64,000 bases of DNA from Anaerolineae bacterium (GTDB lineage Bacteria; Chloroflexota; Anaerolineae; UBA1429), in NCBI GenBank assembly GCA_040766725.1, contig JAXGPZ010000001.1:2721529-2785528 (forward strand), given 5' to 3'. Numbering within the stretch: the first letter of the stretch is position 1; every line of letters begins with the position of its first letter. The position numbers and the translations under genes are program-made. Under the pieces are notes generated by a model. It made no database searches and was not told the DNA's origin. It saw only the letters and a program-made list of their open reading frames with translations. This document shows positions 50,144-58,740 of the stretch, piece by piece.

Positions 50144-51397
50144 ATGACGACTCTGCGCGCCCGGCTGGCGGGCTGGCGCTCGCTGCCTGGTGACGCACGA
50201 CGTTTGCTGACCATCGGCTTGCTCTTTGCCCTGGGCTATAACGGCGTTGGCCTGATGCTGCGGCCGCTCTATGTGCTGCGTTTGGGCCTGGGGGCCGGCC
50301 ACTATGGCCTGTACGCGGCCGCGGGGTCGTTCGCCTACATGCTGGCCAGCCTGGTGGCGGGCTGGCTGGGCATGCATCTGGGCGAGCGCAGGACGATGCT
50401 CGTTGGCGCGTTCGGCTGCCTGGCCGGGAGCGCCCTCATGCCCATGGTTGAGTGGTTCGACCCGGCGTGGTGGAGGCCCTTGCCCATCGTCTCCAACGTG
50501 GTGCTGTCGGTGTTCTGGGCGCTGGCGATTGTGCCCATGGTGCCAGCGCTGATCGGCCTCACCGATGAGGCTCATCGCGAGCGGATCATCGGCCTGTCGA
50601 GCACACTCAGCGGCCTTGGCATTCTGGCGGGCAACCTGGTGGGCGGCCTGCTGCCCAGGGCCTTTTCGTCTCTGCTGGGCAGCAGCACGACCACCAACGC
50701 GGGCTTCCGTCTGGCCATCAGCGTGGTGTTGCTGTCGGGCGCGGCGCCGACGGTGCTGCTGTGGCGTCTGCCCGACCGGCCCGCGGTTGAACGGCAGGCG
50801 ACCGTCACCCAGGCGCCGCTGGAGTTGCCGCTGTTGCTGCTCATCGGCCTGTTCTCGATGCTGATCCAGGCCGCTCCCGCCGCCATGGCCACCTTTGCCT
50901 CGCCCTACTTGAGCCAGGACCTGCAGCTCAGCACCGAGGCGATCGGGCTGGTGACCACGGCGGGGCAGGCGCTGGCGGTGTTCGGCATGGGCATCACGCC
51001 GTGGGTGGCGCGGCGCGTCACCAGCCGCGGCGGCACGATATGGGTGGGCCTGGGCGCATCGGTGGCCCTGCTGCCGATGGCCGCCATCCCGCACTGGCTG
51101 GCCGCAGTGGCCAGCCGCATCGTGCTGGGCGTGTTCAACATGATGCGCATGCCCCTCATGCAGATGTTCGCCATGGCCCAGGTGCCACAGAGCCGTCGCT
51201 CGTTGATGTCGGGCATCTTGCTCACCGGTGGCGGGCTATGCCTCACCCTGATGGGCTATCTGGGCGGCCAGGTAGCTGCGGTGCATGGCTATCGCGCCGT
51301 GTTCTGGATTTCAGCGGCGGTGACGGCCGCTGCCGTGGCGCTGTTTGCCACCACCACGCGGGCCCTCATCGCGCACGGCCTGCTAGAGCGGGCCTGA
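50144..51397 (+). CDS. MFS transporter (LRPLYVLR family, tandem copy 1)
   Basis: 12 TM. Shares its N-terminal motif with 51466 and 12048. Confidence 0.8.
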   Translation: MTTLRARLAGWRSLPGDARRLLTIGLLFALGYNGVGLMLRPLYVLRLGLGAGHYGLYAAAGSFAYMLASLVAGWLGMHLGERRTMLVGAFGCLAGSALMPMVEWFDPAWWRPLPIVSNVVLSVFWALAIVPMVPALIGLTDEAHRERIIGLSSTLSGLGILAGNLVGGLLPRAFSSLLGSSTTTNAGFRLAISVVLLSGAAPTVLLWRLPDRPAVERQATVTQAPLELPLLLLIGLFSMLIQAAPAAMATFASPYLSQDLQLSTEAIGLVTTAGQALAVFGMGITPWVARRVTSRGGTIWVGLGASVALLPMAAIPHWLAAVASRIVLGVFNMMRMPLMQMFAMAQVPQSRRSLMSGILLTGGGLCLTLMGYLGGQVAAVHGYRAVFWISAAVTAAAVALFATTTRALIAHGLLERA

Positions 51398-51465
51398 CCG
51401 CCTGCCGAAATGGGTGCGCTGCTAAAAGCCGCTATACTGTCGACACTACATCGCGGAGGCCGGGC

Positions 51466-52719
51466 TTGACCTTTCTGCGTGCACGCCTGAGCGGCATGGC
51501 GGCCCTATCGCGCGAATCGCGCCTGCTGCTGTTGATGACCACCCTGTTCGGCTTTGGCTATGGCGGCATCGGCCTGATGCTGCGCCCCCTGTATGTCTTG
51601 CGGTTGGGCCTGGGGCCGGCCTACTATGGCGTCTATTCGGCGCTGGGCTCGCTGGCGTTTATGGCGGGCAGTCTAGGAGCGGGCTGGCTGGGCATGCGCC
51701 TGGGGGCGCGGCGCAGCCTGATGCTGGGCACTATCGGTTGCCTGCTGGGCTCGGGCCTCATGCCGCTCACCGAGTTCTTTGACGCCTCGCTCTGGCCCTA
51801 CTGGCCCATCGCGTCCAACCTGCTGCTGTCTTGGGCGTGGGCCTTTGTCAGCGTCAACACGGTCCCGGCGCTCACCGGCGTTACCGCAGAGGAGAACCGC
51901 GACCGCGCCATCGGCCTGGCGAATACGCTGAACGGCCTGGGCATTTTGCTGGGCAACCTGCTGGGCGGCGCCCTGCCGCGCGCGTTCTCGGCGCTGCTGG
52001 GCGCCACTGTAGTGACCAACGACGGCTTTCGCCTCGCTATCAGCACGGCGCTGCTCTTTGGCGTCGTCGTCATCGGCCTGGTGTTGGCCCTGCCCGATCG
52101 GCCAACCGTCATCGCGCCCAGGTTGGCCGGCGGCGCACCGCAGAGTGCCACGCCGTTGCTGGTCGTGGGGCTGTTCGGGCTGTTCATACCGGCGGCATCG
52201 AGCGCGGTGAGCACCTTTGCAGCGCCCTACCTCGATCAGGAGCTGCATCTCAGCACCGAGGCCATCGGCCTGGTGACGACCATCAGTCAGGCCCTGGCCG
52301 TGCTGGGCACGGGCGCCACGCCCTGGCTGGCCCGTCGGCTGACGAGCCGCCGCGGCGATATCCTCGCCGGCCTCGGCATGACGCTCACACTCTTGCCTAT
52401 GGCTGCCTTTGCTCACTGGTCGGCAGCGGTGTTCAGCCGCATCGTCTCGTCGGCGCTCTACACCATCCGCTTTCCGCTCACGCAGATGTTCGCCATGGCG
52501 CAGGTGCGCCAGCACGAGCGGCCGTTGCTGTCGGCGGTGCTGTTCACCAGTGCAGGCCTGTGCGGCACCGCTCTCAGTTTCGTGGGCGGCCGTTTGGCGG
52601 CCAGTCACGGCTACCAGGCGGTCTTTTGGCTATCGGCTGCCGTCTCGGGTGTGGCCGTGCTGCTATATGCCGTCACCACGCGCGTATTGATCGCTCGCGG
52701 GCGGCTGCGGCGCGCCTGA
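51466..52719 (+). CDS. MFS transporter (tandem paralog copy 2)
   Basis: TTG start preceded by GGAGG. Colinear homology to copy 1 throughout. Confidence 0.75.
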   Translation: MTFLRARLSGMAALSRESRLLLLMTTLFGFGYGGIGLMLRPLYVLRLGLGPAYYGVYSALGSLAFMAGSLGAGWLGMRLGARRSLMLGTIGCLLGSGLMPLTEFFDASLWPYWPIASNLLLSWAWAFVSVNTVPALTGVTAEENRDRAIGLANTLNGLGILLGNLLGGALPRAFSALLGATVVTNDGFRLAISTALLFGVVVIGLVLALPDRPTVIAPRLAGGAPQSATPLLVVGLFGLFIPAASSAVSTFAAPYLDQELHLSTEAIGLVTTISQALAVLGTGATPWLARRLTSRRGDILAGLGMTLTLLPMAAFAHWSAAVFSRIVSSALYTIRFPLTQMFAMAQVRQHERPLLSAVLFTSAGLCGTALSFVGGRLAASHGYQAVFWLSAAVSGVAVLLYAVTTRVLIARGRLRRA

Positions 52720-52791
52720 CGAGGCCATTGACACCTCGCACGCACCATGTAGACTGATGGTGGATCCTGGACGCCGTGGGGACGCGTCGCG

Positions 52792-54048
52792 ATGAACGTG
52801 CTCATTCCGCTCTTTTCACCGGCCACCGGCACCTGGGGCGGCCTTACGCGGGCCGTGGCGGTGGCGCACGCGGCCGAGGCGGCGGGGCATCGCGTGGCCT
52901 TTTGCGCCTCGGGCTACCTGGCCGGCAATCTGCGGGGACGCGGCTATCGCGTCTACCCCATGCCAGCGCCCACCCTGTTCGGCCTGCCCCGCTGGTGCGC
53001 CGCGCTCGTCGCGAGGGCCATGGCGCAAATGACGGCAACGGCCTGGCTGGGCCGCCTGCTGGGGTCGATCTGGGGCGTGCTCTTTTTCTCGGGGGTCATC
53101 GCTCCGCGCTATCTTGGCCGCCTCGTCTCTGCCGAACTGCGGGCCGCCCGCGACTATCACACCGACGCCATCTTCACCGACCTCGACCCCGCAGCATTCA
53201 TCGTGGCGCGTTCGCTCAACGTGCCCGTCGCCACGGCCTACGCCACCCCGATGGCCGCTGACAGCGGCAGTTGGGCCTGGCGTCGCACCCGGCGAGCCAT
53301 TGCGCCGTTGCTGGCTCGCTGCGGCCTGGCCGACCTCGACCCGGATGCCCTCTTTTTCGGGCCCGATGTGCTCAAGCTGGTGCCGTCGATCCCCGAGCTG
53401 GACGGCGCCGACGCCGTCAGCGATGACATCCGCTATGTGGGGCCGCTGCTCGGCGCCATCGAGCCAGGCCCGGCCGACGCCTTTCAGCCCGAGCCAGGAC
53501 GGCGCTATGTGTTCTGCTATATGGGCAGCGGCTCGGTGTCGGCGGCTGCGTTGCGGCGCGTGCTGCCCGAGGTCTTTGCCGACGGCGACCTGACCTGCAT
53601 TGTGTCGGGGCCGGCTGTTGGCCGACGGCAAGACGCCGGCAACGTGCGCTACTGCACCTTTGTCGATGTGCGCGTGCTGCTGCCACAGTGCGTGTGGACT
53701 ATCTGCCATGGCGGGCAGAGCACCATCGTGCAGTCGCTGCAGGCCGGTGTGCCGCTGCTCATCTTTCCGGGCAGCAACGCCGAGCGGCGCCACAATGCCG
53801 CCAGTGTGCAAGCCCAGGGGGCAGGCTTTGTAGGCGAGCCGGACGACTGGCAGGCCGCCTGGCTGCGGGCGCACCTGGCGCAGGCCGACGAGCCAGCCAG
53901 ACAGGCCGCCCGTCTGGGTGCGCGGCTCCGGGCCATGGGCGGCCCGAGCGCAGCGGTGCACGGCATCGAAGAGTGGGTGCGGCGCGCCGCCTGGCGTCGC
54001 GAGAGCGACGGCGCCTATGCCTGGACGCCGCCGGCGCGGCCATACTAG
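52792..54048 (+). CDS. GT1-family glycosyltransferase (UDP-glycosyltransferase/MGT-like)
   Basis: N-terminal G-rich loop (SPATGTWGGL) and the C-terminal GGQST..G.P donor-binding block. Confidence 0.75.
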   Translation: MNVLIPLFSPATGTWGGLTRAVAVAHAAEAAGHRVAFCASGYLAGNLRGRGYRVYPMPAPTLFGLPRWCAALVARAMAQMTATAWLGRLLGSIWGVLFFSGVIAPRYLGRLVSAELRAARDYHTDAIFTDLDPAAFIVARSLNVPVATAYATPMAADSGSWAWRRTRRAIAPLLARCGLADLDPDALFFGPDVLKLVPSIPELDGADAVSDDIRYVGPLLGAIEPGPADAFQPEPGRRYVFCYMGSGSVSAAALRRVLPEVFADGDLTCIVSGPAVGRRQDAGNVRYCTFVDVRVLLPQCVWTICHGGQSTIVQSLQAGVPLLIFPGSNAERRHNAASVQAQGAGFVGEPDDWQAAWLRAHLAQADEPARQAARLGARLRAMGGPSAAVHGIEEWVRRAAWRRESDGAYAWTPPARPY

Positions 54049-54150
54049 GGCGTGCCTTCGCTCAGGGCTTGATGCCCGCCCCAGCGCCGCAGCGCGCCAG
54101 TCGCGGCGCCGTCTTGCCCTGGCCACCCTCGCAGACCTATACTGGCGCCC

Positions 54151-55080
54151 ATGCAATATGAACGCTCTGAACAGCGCTATCAGGCCGTGCCCGAGGCGCA
54201 GCGCGAACGCCTGCGCGCCTTTTGGTGGGCGCACCCCTATCGCCGTGCGCAGGTGGGCGCCACGGCCTGGCGCTATCTCGAGGGCGGCCAGGGGCAGCGG
54301 CTGGTGCTGCTGGTGCCCGGGGGGCATCTCCCCGCCCAGTTCTGGTTTGGGTTGAGCGAGGAGCTGGAGCGCGAGCACCGCGTGGTGGCCATCGACGCGC
54401 CAGCCCGGTTGGGGCTGCTCGATCCGCGCGCGGCGGCCGAGGGGCTGGTCGGCCTGCTGGACGCGCTGGGCGCCCTGGGTGCGGCGGTGGTGGCGCACGG
54501 CGAGGCGGGCCTGGCAGCTCAATACCTGCTGCAGAGCTATCCGCATCGCGTGCAGGCGCTGGCGCTGATCAACAGCCCGCTGCTCGATGCTCGCACCGGC
54601 GTTGACCGCTTGACCCGCGCAGCACGCTGGCTGGCCGAGCATCTGCCGTGGCGCTGGCTCGGCGCGGCCCTGAGCAGCGTGGGCCCCAGGCGCCTGCCGC
54701 GCACGCCCTGGGCGGCCTACACCCAGGCGCTGCTCGAGGCGCCCGGCGTCATCGCCCCCCGCAAGGCCTGGCTGGCTCTCAGCGACGCCACGGCCAAAGC
54801 CTGTCGGCAGGCGCGCTTTGAACGGCGCGTCCTGGCCGGGTGGCAGGGGCGCAGTCTGGTGGTCACCGCCTCGGACGACTGGCGCACGGCCCACGACGCC
54901 GCTCTGCTGGCCGAGCGGCTGGGCGCGCGCATCGAATGGTTCACCGATGGCGGCCAGGCGCTGCCCTTGCTCTATCCCGAGGCGCTGGCCCATGCGGTGC
55001 GCGGGCTGCTCGACGAGGCCTGGGCCAGCGACGATCTATCGCTGGCCGCGCCCTATCTACAGGGCGCTGATGCGCCGTGA
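54151..55080 (+). CDS. alpha/beta hydrolase fold protein
   Basis: GHLP..FW and a nucleophile-elbow-like HGEAG block. Confidence 0.65.
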   Translation: MQYERSEQRYQAVPEAQRERLRAFWWAHPYRRAQVGATAWRYLEGGQGQRLVLLVPGGHLPAQFWFGLSEELEREHRVVAIDAPARLGLLDPRAAAEGLVGLLDALGALGAAVVAHGEAGLAAQYLLQSYPHRVQALALINSPLLDARTGVDRLTRAARWLAEHLPWRWLGAALSSVGPRRLPRTPWAAYTQALLEAPGVIAPRKAWLALSDATAKACRQARFERRVLAGWQGRSLVVTASDDWRTAHDAALLAERLGARIEWFTDGGQALPLLYPEALAHAVRGLLDEAWASDDLSLAAPYLQGADAP

Positions 55081-55120
55081 CAGGCCTCGAGGTGGCGACC
55101 ATGGCGTTGGGGGGCGCACG

Positions 55121-56110
55121 ATGACGCCAGCATTGCGTGTGGCAGTGCGCGCGGTGATCGTGCGCGACGGCATGGTGGCCCTGGCGGCCTTTGATGACGA
55201 GTCGGGGTACCACTATAACCTGCCCGGAGGCGGGCTCGAGCCAGGTGAGGGCCTCTACGAGGGGCTGCGGCGCGAGGTGCGCGAGGAGCTGGGCTGCGAG
55301 GTTGAGATCGGGCCACTGCTGCTGGCCTACGAGAACCGTCCCGCGCCGGCGCTGCAGGTGCCGCCCTATGCCATCCACGGCCTGGGCCTGTTCTTTCTGT
55401 GCGCACTGCCCTGGGGCCAAGAGCCTCGCCTGCCGCCCACCGCCGACGAGCACCAGATCGATGTCTGCTGGGTGCCGTTGGGTGAGCTCGAGCGCGCGCC
55501 CCTGATGCCGCAGGTGGGCGCCCAGATCCGGCGGGCGCTGGCCGAGCGCGCCGTCATCGGCCAGGCGCAGGACCCCTTTGTCGTCGAGGACGTGGATACC
55601 TTTCCGCCGCGCCTGCCCAACTGGAGCCCGTTGCCGCCGTTCGTGGTCTCGACCGAGGCGCAACAGGGCAGGCCCAGTGCGACGACGTTCAACTGCCGCC
55701 AGCTCAGCCCCACGCTGTGGACGGGCGGCATGCCCAACGCGAGCCAGTTGCAGGCCCTCAGGCGGGTGGGCTGCGGCGCGGTGATCAACCTGGCGACAGC
55801 CGGGGGCGAGCCGTGCCTGGCCGACGAGGCCGACATCTGCTCGCGACTCGGCCTGCGCTATCAGCATCTGCCGGTGAACTATGAGCGCCCCACGGTGGGA
55901 GACTATGCCATCTTTGAGCAGCGACTCGCCGCGCTGGCCGGGGCGCGGGTGCTGGTGCACTGTCGCAAGAACTATCGCGCCAGCGTGTTCGCCTATCTGT
56001 GGCGCGTGCGGCATGGAGAACCAGAGCCCGTGGCGCGCGCCGATATGCTGGCCGTGTGGCGCCCCGACGCGGCCTGGTCGGCGCTGATCGAGGCGGTGCT
56101 GTCGCAGTAG
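55121..56110 (+). CDS. fusion protein: NUDIX hydrolase domain plus Cys-based phosphatase-like domain
   Basis: NUDIX box GGGLEPGEGLYEGLRREVREELG. C-terminal HCRKNYRAS loop resembling a PTP/arsenate-reductase P-loop. Confidence 0.6.
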   Translation: MTPALRVAVRAVIVRDGMVALAAFDDESGYHYNLPGGGLEPGEGLYEGLRREVREELGCEVEIGPLLLAYENRPAPALQVPPYAIHGLGLFFLCALPWGQEPRLPPTADEHQIDVCWVPLGELERAPLMPQVGAQIRRALAERAVIGQAQDPFVVEDVDTFPPRLPNWSPLPPFVVSTEAQQGRPSATTFNCRQLSPTLWTGGMPNASQLQALRRVGCGAVINLATAGGEPCLADEADICSRLGLRYQHLPVNYERPTVGDYAIFEQRLAALAGARVLVHCRKNYRASVFAYLWRVRHGEPEPVARADMLAVWRPDAAWSALIEAVLSQ

Positions 56111-56128
56111 TGGTTGAGCGGCGGAGTG

Positions 56129-56689
56129 CTAGGCGCGAATGCCCGGCTTGAGGGTGGCCACAAAGGGCAGATTACGATAGTACTCGTCGGCGTCGAGACC
56201 ATAGCCCACCACGAACTGGTCGGGCAAGGTGAGGCCCACATAGTCGATAGGCACCTCGAGCAGCCGCATGTAGGGTCGCTCAAAGAGCGTGCAGACCTTG
56301 AGACTGGCCGGCCGCCGCGTGCGCAGCGTGCGCAAGAGATAGTCGCAGGTCAGGCCGGTGTCGATGACATCCTCGACAAAGAGCACGTGCCGGTCGGTGA
56401 TGAGCAGGTCCAGGTCCTTGGTGATGCGCACGGTGCCGCTGTGTTCGCTGGCGGCATAGTGCGAGATGGCCATGAAATCGACCGCCACCGGCACGGTGAT
56501 ATGGCGCAGCAGATCGGCCATAAAGATCACCACACCGGTGAGCGAGCCCACCAGCAGGGGGTTGAGGCCGACATAGTCGGCGGAGATGGCCGCGCCCAGG
56601 CGGGCCACCGTCTGCTGGATCGTCTCGGCATCAAAGACGACCTGGCCGATGTCGTCGAACAGCGAGCTAGACGGCGTGCTCATGGTCAT
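56129..56689 (-). CDS. hpt: hypoxanthine phosphoribosyltransferase
   Basis: PRPP-binding VLFVEDVIDTGLT motif. About 180 aa. Confidence 0.9.
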   Translation of the reverse strand: MTMSTPSSSLFDDIGQVVFDAETIQQTVARLGAAISADYVGLNPLLVGSLTGVVIFMADLLRHITVPVAVDFMAISHYAASEHSGTVRITKDLDLLITDRHVLFVEDVIDTGLTCDYLLRTLRTRRPASLKVCTLFERPYMRLLEVPIDYVGLTLPDQFVVGYGLDADEYYRNLPFVATLKPGIRA

Positions 56690-57095
56690 TGGTCAGTGCA
56701 TCCTGCCCCACCAGTTGCGAGCGGCGGCTGGCCAGGCCGTACTTGGATAGCAGGCGCTCGAAATCGCGCCGGTTCCACAGCCTGATGCGCACTTCGGGAT
56801 AGAGTGACTGCAACCGCTGGATCTTGCGGCGCTTGGTCCGCGTGAGGCTTTGCCGCATGGTGGTGAGCTCGATATAGCAGTCTTGAGCGACCAGATAAAA
56901 ATCGGGCGTAAAGGCCTCGCTGACGGCGCCTGCGCCGTCCCAGTCGATGGGGAAGACCATCGGTTCATAGCGCCATTCGATGCCGTAAAAGTCGAGCAGT
57001 CGAGCGAACTCGGCCTCACTGGGGTGAGAGAAGGCGATCTCCTCACGGGCCACGAACGGGTTGGCAATCGGTCGTAGACGTTGGGCAGTCGTCAA
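56667..57095 (-). CDS. conserved hypothetical protein, first gene of the hpt operon
   Basis: 142 aa. TTG start with GGGGAG 10 nt upstream. Driven by promoter P1. Confidence 0.5.
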   Translation of the reverse strand: MTTAQRLRPIANPFVAREEIAFSHPSEAEFARLLDFYGIEWRYEPMVFPIDWDGAGAVSEAFTPDFYLVAQDCYIELTTMRQSLTRTKRRKIQRLQSLYPEVRIRLWNRRDFERLLSKYGLASRRSQLVGQDALTNDHEHAV

Positions 57096-57136
57096 CAGGC
57101 TATTACTCCCCGGTTGTCGTCGGAAGACTTGGCACC

Positions 57137-57164
57137 ATTATAGACTCCGCAGCCGCTGTGTCAA
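57137..57164 (-). promoter_or_regulatory. P1: consensus sigma70-like promoter on the minus strand (TTGACA-N16-TATAAT) for the hypothetical-hpt operon
   Basis: Reverse complement of 57131-57170 reads ttgacgTTGACAcagcggctgcggagtcTATAATgg. Confidence 0.6.
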
Positions 57165-57170
57165 CGTCAA

Positions 57171-57206
57171 AGAACAGCAAAAAGGGCACGCTCATCGAGC
57201 ATGCCC
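57171..57206 (-). terminator. rho-independent terminator on the minus strand (GGGCATGCTCgatGAGCGTGCCC + TTTTTGCTGTTCTTT)
   Basis: Perfect-stem hairpin followed by a U-rich tract. It ends 7 nt before the P1 -35. Confidence 0.65.
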
Positions 57207-57470
57207 GCTGTACACAATAAGCAAAGCCTCAAGTGACCTGCCAACTCTCGGTGCGCATCGTTGTTATGGAGTGTCTTCTCCAGAGTCTCGTCAGCTCGCT
57301 TTCGCCTGTCTCCAAGCTACTCACTCGGCGGCTCTCAATCGACCGCTCTCGCCGCCTCTTGCTACCGCTGTCGGTTACGCCGACTGATCCTCACGTTTCA
57401 GGCGACTCACCGCTCGCTGACGACGCTTTCTGCGTCTCCCGAAGAGTCTCATCAACCCCTCGAGGCTTTG
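57171..57470 (-). ncRNA. candidate sRNA A (about 300 nt, purine-rich), from P2 to the intrinsic terminator
   Basis: Bounded by a consensus promoter and a terminator. No conserved ORF. Homologous to unit B. Conserved hairpin GGAGaagacaCUCC. Confidence 0.45.
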
Positions 57471-57477
57471 CACCTGT

Positions 57478-57506
57478 ATAGTAGCACAGAGGTGCAAGGG
57501 TGTCAA
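57478..57506 (-). promoter_or_regulatory. P2: consensus sigma70-like promoter on the minus strand (TTGACA-N17-TGcTACTAT)
   Basis: Reverse complement of 57471-57510 reads acccTTGACAcccttgcacctctgtgcTACTATacagg. Confidence 0.6.
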
Positions 57507-57846
57507 GGGTTTTTGGGCGCTTCTGGGGCCAACACGGCAAATCGGCCACCCAGCGTGTGGACGGCCGATTCCGAGACAGGTAACAGGGCCACAAGTGACC
57601 TGTTCTTCCTTCCCTCCAACCTGGCGTCGTTGTGGTGGAGTGTCTCCTCCGCAGACGACCTCTTGGATCGCTTTCGACCAGCCTTGACCGATCTACTTGC
57701 TAGGCGCCGTTCCCGTTGAGCTTGCGCTCTCTGTTCCCTTTGCCGTGGGCTCCTCGGGCTTGCTTTCGCGACCTCTGGCTCCCCACTCCCCGGCCATCTA
57801 TCCACCAGATGTCTGGGTCGGATCACATCAATCTCTCGTGACCCTG
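57507..57846 (-). ncRNA. candidate sRNA B (diverged paralog of A); weak hairpin-U terminator near 57530-57570
   Basis: Shares conserved blocks with unit A (caggtcacttg; ggag-gagaca-ctcc; cgaaagcga). Driven by P3. Confidence 0.35.
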
Positions 57847-57853
57847 TGCCAGT

Positions 57854-57882
57854 ATAGTAGCAGATCGGGTTGCCGATGTCAA
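57854..57882 (-). promoter_or_regulatory. P3: consensus sigma70-like promoter on the minus strand (TTGACA-N17-TGcTACTAT)
   Basis: Reverse complement of 57851-57890 reads gggTTGACAtcggcaacccgatctgcTACTATact. Confidence 0.6.
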
Positions 57883-57909
57883 CCCTTCTGACGGGCCTCT
57901 GCGGCGAAA

Positions 57910-58740
57910 TCAGCCAAATTGCCTACGCGCTGAGGCGGCCAGGCGTTCCAGTTCCACGAGCCAGTGGTCGCCCAGCGCCGCCCAGGGCCAACGCGTCGCT
58001 AGCCGCGCCTCGCAGGGCTGCAAACTTGCCACCAGCCAGGGATGGCGCTGCCAGACCCCAGCCAGATAGGGGGGCGGCAGCAGCAGCGGCAGCGCACGGC
58101 TGCTCTGCACGCGGAACCAGGGCCGTGCGGCGCGCCGTAGTGCGGCCAGACTGTGGTAGTGAGTGCACATTTGCTGCACCACCGCCCTAGAGACAGACGC
58201 CCGGGCTGTGCTCCACCTTCTGAACGCCTGGCGCACCTGGCCATGCGCCAGAAGCCAGCACACCTCGAGCGGGTAGCAGCGGTTCATCACCGAGAGCACC
58301 ACCCGCCCGCCAGGCCGCACCAGGCCGGCCAACGTCTGGACGAATGGCTCCAGGTCGGCCAGGGCGTTGAGGGGCCCAAAAGAGGAATAGGCGCCATCAA
58401 AGAGCGAGCCGGCCGACAGACGGCTCAGCTCCGCTGCGCTCAGCAACAGGGTCTGCACCTGTGACGCCACGCCGGCTCCAGCGGCCCTGGCCTCAGTCAG
58501 CGCGAGCATGGCCGGCGAGACGTCGGTGGCAAGCACGCAGCAGCCCAGCCGCGCCAGCGCTACCGCCTCCTCGCCGGTGCCGCAGCCGATCTCGAGCAAG
58601 CGCTGCCCGGGCCCAAAGGCGCGCTTGAGGGTGGCCAGGCTGACCGCACGCATATAGACCATCGCCGGGTTGGCCCGTGCCTCGGCGTCGTAAGTGGCGG
58701 CGGCGCGCTCGAAGGCCGGCGCCCCATTATCGCCGGACAT
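57910..58740 (-). CDS. class I SAM-dependent methyltransferase (last gene of the envelope glycan operon)
   Basis: LEIGCGTGE motif. Confidence 0.7.
   Translation of the reverse strand: MSGDNGAPAFERAAATYDAEARANPAMVYMRAVSLATLKRAFGPGQRLLEIGCGTGEEAVALARLGCCVLATDVSPAMLALTEARAAGAGVASQVQTLLLSAAELSRLSAGSLFDGAYSSFGPLNALADLEPFVQTLAGLVRPGGRVVLSVMNRCYPLEVCWLLAHGQVRQAFRRWSTARASVSRAVVQQMCTHYHSLAALRRAARPWFRVQSSRALPLLLPPPYLAGVWQRHPWLVASLQPCEARLATRWPWAALGDHWLVELERLAASARRQFG

Larger units (their letters stand above)
57226..57861. repeat. two diverged tandem repeat units of about 330-380 bp, strongly pyrimidine-rich on the plus strand, lower GC than the flanks
   Basis: Shared blocks: caagtgacctg; gttgt(t/g)(a/g)tggagtgtct(t/c)ctcc; tcgctttcg(-/a)cc; tgt/agtatagtagca...tgtcaa. 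Confidence 0.6.

Noticed and set aside
52816-54993. 725-aa minus-strand ORF spanning the GT1 and alpha/beta-hydrolase genes
   Set aside because: Arg/Gly/Ala-rich shadow ORF on the opposite strand of two real genes. No domain-like blocks.
57261-57719. 152-aa plus-strand ORF running through both repeat units
   Set aside because: S/L/R-rich, no RBS, and the reading frame is not preserved between the two homologous units. Evidence on the minus strand (promoters, terminator) fits RNA better.
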